This document shows positions 14,382 to 16,599 of a stretch of 16,599 nt of DNA, piece by piece. The DNA is from Archangium sp. GTDB taxonomy: Bacteria > Myxococcota > Myxococcia > Myxococcales > Myxococcaceae. The stretch covers positions 1 to 16,599 of the forward strand of contig JANLPS010000143.1 of assembly GCA_031367385.1 (NCBI GenBank), read 5' to 3'. Numbering within the stretch: the stretch's first letter is position 1; each line of letters begins with the position of its first letter. The position numbers and the translations under genes are program-made. Under the pieces are notes generated by a model, which was not told the origin of the DNA, ran no database searches, and saw only the letters and a program-made list of their open reading frames with translations.

Positions 14382-16475
14382 ATGTCTCGCGAATACCCGC
14401 TCGAGCGCTACCGCAACATCGGCATCATGGCGCACATCGACGCCGGCAAGACGACCACCACCGAGCGCATACTTTTTTACACCGGCGCCATTCACAAGAT
14501 GGGCGAGGTGCACGAAGGCAACACGACGACCGACTGGATGCCCCAGGAGCGCGAGCGCGGCATCACCATCACCTCGGCGGCCATCTCGGCGTTTTGGACG
14601 CGCCGGGAGCAGAAGTACCGTGTCAACATCATCGATACGCCGGGCCACGTCGACTTCACCATCGAGGTCGAGCGGAGCTTGCGCGTGCTCGACGGCGCGG
14701 TCGCGGTGTTCGACGGCAAGAACGGCGTCGAGCCTCAGTCAGAGACGGTGTGGCGCCAGGCCGACAAGCACAAGGTGCCGCGCATCTGCTTCATCAACAA
14801 GATGGACGCGACGGGTGCTGACTTCGAGATGTCGGTGCAGTCGATTCGCGAGCGGCTGGGCGCGAACCCGTGCGTGGTGCAGCTGCCGTTGGGCAGCGAA
14901 GACACGCTTCGCGGAGTCATCGACATCGTTCGAATGAAGGCCCTGGTGTTCATCGACGCCGAAAAGGGCAGCAAATACGAGGTTGAAGCGATACCCGCCG
15001 AGCTGGCTGAGGCTGCGGCGAAGGCCAGGTCTCGCTTGCTCGAGCAGGTCGCCGAGGTCGATGAGTCGCTGATGGAGAAGTACCTCGACAACGAGGGCCG
15101 CGACATCACCGAAGACGAGATTCGCGGCGCGATTCGCAAGGGCTGTATCGCGATGAAGATCTTCCCCGTGTTTTGTGGGTCGGCTTACAAGCACAAGGGC
15201 GTTCAGCCGCTGCTCGATGGCATCGTCGATTATCTGCCGTCGCCGACCGAGGTACCGCCGATTCACGGCAAAGACACCAAAGGCAACGACGTGGTGCGCG
15301 AGACGAATGACGACGCTCCGTTCGCGGCGCTGGCTTTCAAGATCATGACCGAGGCGTTCGGCACGTTGACCTTCATTCGCGTGTACTCGGGTCGCCTCGA
15401 GAGCGGCATGGCGGTGTGGAATACCGCGAAGAAGAAGCGGGAGCGGGTCGGTCGGCTGGTGCAGATGCGGGCCGACAAGCGCGATGAAATCGAAGAGTGC
15501 CGCGCGGGTGACATCTGCGCCATCGTGGGCTTGAAGACGGTGACGACGGGCGACACCTTGTGCGTCGAGTCGGCCCAGGTGCTGCTCGAGAAAATCGACT
15601 TTCCCGAGCCGGTGATTCAGTTGGCGCTCGAGGCGCGGTCAGCTGAAGATCAAGACAAGCTGCTCGAGTCGCTGGGCAAGTTGGCGATTGAAGACCCTTC
15701 GTTCAGCGTGAAGGCCGACGCCGAGACCGGGCAGACGATCATCGCAGGCATGGGTGAATTGCACCTCGAGATCATCGTCGACCGGCTCAAGCGAGAGCAC
15801 AAAGTCGAGGCCAAAGTCGGCAAGCCGCAGGTGGCGTACCGCGAGACGGTCGCGAAGCCCGCTGAGGGTGAGTGCAAGTACGTCAAGGCGACGGCGGCGA
15901 ACTCGCAGTATGGCCATGTGAAGTTGCGGGTGGCTCCGAATGAACAGGGCAAGGGGTTCGTGTTCAAGAACCTGCTCAAGCCCGAGGCGGTGCCCAAGGA
16001 GTTTCACGCGGCCATCGAGAGCGGCGTGACCAGCGCGCTCAGCCGGGGCGTCATCGCTGGGTACCCGATCATCGACATCAAGGTCGACGTGTACGATGGC
16101 AGCTTCAGCCCGACCGACTCAGACGAGGTCTCGTTTCAGATCGCGTCGTCGACGGCGTTCACCGATGCGGTCAAGGCGGCTGAGCCGGTGCTGCTCGAGC
16201 CGGTGATGGATGTCGAGGTTACGACTCCGGCCGATTACATGGGCAGCGTGGTGGGCGACATCAATGCCCGGCGCGGCAACATCAAGGGCATGAACCAACG
16301 CGGCGTGTTGCAGGTGATTGATGCCGAGGTGCCGCTCGAGCGCATGTTCGGGTACGTCGACAGCTTGCGATCAATCTCGGCTGGCCGAGCGAACTACTCG
16401 ATGCAGTTCGGCAAGTACGCGCCGATTCCTCCCAATGTGTTGGCGCCGTTGCTGAAGCGCATTCGCGGATACTGA
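14382..16475 (+). CDS. fusA: Elongation factor G (str-operon copy, divergent domain IV)
   Basis: Start ATG 14382 ([25 protein letters not shown]). [37 protein letters not shown] and LLEPVM motifs. Confidence 0.97.
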   Translation: MSREYPLERYRNIGIMAHIDAGKTTTTERILFYTGAIHKMGEVHEGNTTTDWMPQERERGITITSAAISAFWTRREQKYRVNIIDTPGHVDFTIEVERSLRVLDGAVAVFDGKNGVEPQSETVWRQADKHKVPRICFINKMDATGADFEMSVQSIRERLGANPCVVQLPLGSEDTLRGVIDIVRMKALVFIDAEKGSKYEVEAIPAELAEAAAKARSRLLEQVAEVDESLMEKYLDNEGRDITEDEIRGAIRKGCIAMKIFPVFCGSAYKHKGVQPLLDGIVDYLPSPTEVPPIHGKDTKGNDVVRETNDDAPFAALAFKIMTEAFGTLTFIRVYSGRLESGMAVWNTAKKKRERVGRLVQMRADKRDEIEECRAGDICAIVGLKTVTTGDTLCVESAQVLLEKIDFPEPVIQLALEARSAEDQDKLLESLGKLAIEDPSFSVKADAETGQTIIAGMGELHLEIIVDRLKREHKVEAKVGKPQVAYRETVAKPAEGECKYVKATAANSQYGHVKLRVAPNEQGKGFVFKNLLKPEAVPKEFHAAIESGVTSALSRGVIAGYPIIDIKVDVYDGSFSPTDSDEVSFQIASSTAFTDAVKAAEPVLLEPVMDVEVTTPADYMGSVVGDINARRGNIKGMNQRGVLQVIDAEVPLERMFGYVDSLRSISAGRANYSMQFGKYAPIPPNVLAPLLKRIRGY

Positions 16476-16482
16476 GCCCAGG

Positions 16483-16599
16483 CTATTGATTCGACAAGTC
16501 GGCCCGTCGCTTCAACTGCACCCTCAGCCGCAACGGTGTGAGTCGTTGGAGCTCTTCTGCGAGGGCTGCGCCGTCGGGTTGAGCCCGCACGGCCGCGAC
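16483..16599 (-). CDS. Probable 3' end of a convergent gene of unknown function
   Basis: Open minus-strand frame from the window edge (VAAVRAQPDGAALAEELQRLTPLRLRVQLKRRADLSNQ) ending in TAG at 16485-16483, 7 nt from the fusA stop. Too short to be sure. Confidence 0.4.
   Translation of the reverse strand, partial: VAAVRAQPDGAALAEELQRLTPLRLRVQLKRRADLSNQ

Noticed and set aside
12893..14383. 496-aa minus-strand ORF
   Set aside because: Antisense shadow of rpsL, rpsG and the DUF4328-like gene; typical of high-GC codon bias, with no recognisable motifs.

Overview
High-GC, very densely coded bacterial window, most likely Myxococcota (inferred from the MYXO-CTERM-like sorting tail, the eukaryotic-like pseudokinase and the DAG-linker lipoprotein). 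The left two-thirds is accessory or uncharacterised: an AraC regulator with an apparent 1-nt frameshift, a divergent membrane protein, an epoxide-hydrolase-type alpha/beta hydrolase, two tandem paralogous beta-barrel genes, a zinc-ribbon membrane protein plus zinc-ribbon M50 protease pair, a CxxCH lipoprotein, a membrane pseudokinase coupled to hutI, and a lipoprotein with a MYXO-CTERM-like tail. The right third is mostly housekeeping: HEAT-repeat protein, class B DnaJ, SurA-N-like protein, rimI, a DUF4328-like gene and the str cluster rpsL-rpsG-fusA. Most notable: (i) the str EF-G has an intact GTPase domain but degenerate domain IV tip loops, lies behind a terminator-like hairpin and is apparently not followed directly by tuf; (ii) a catalytically dead kinase is coupled to a HutI whose metal-ligand Asp is Asn; (iii) a TAGRST-like -10 box recurs 6-11 nt upstream of SD-less starts, suggesting leaderless or short-leader mRNAs. 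No rRNA, tRNA, CRISPR or mobile element was recognised. All family calls come from motif recognition by eye; no searches were run.
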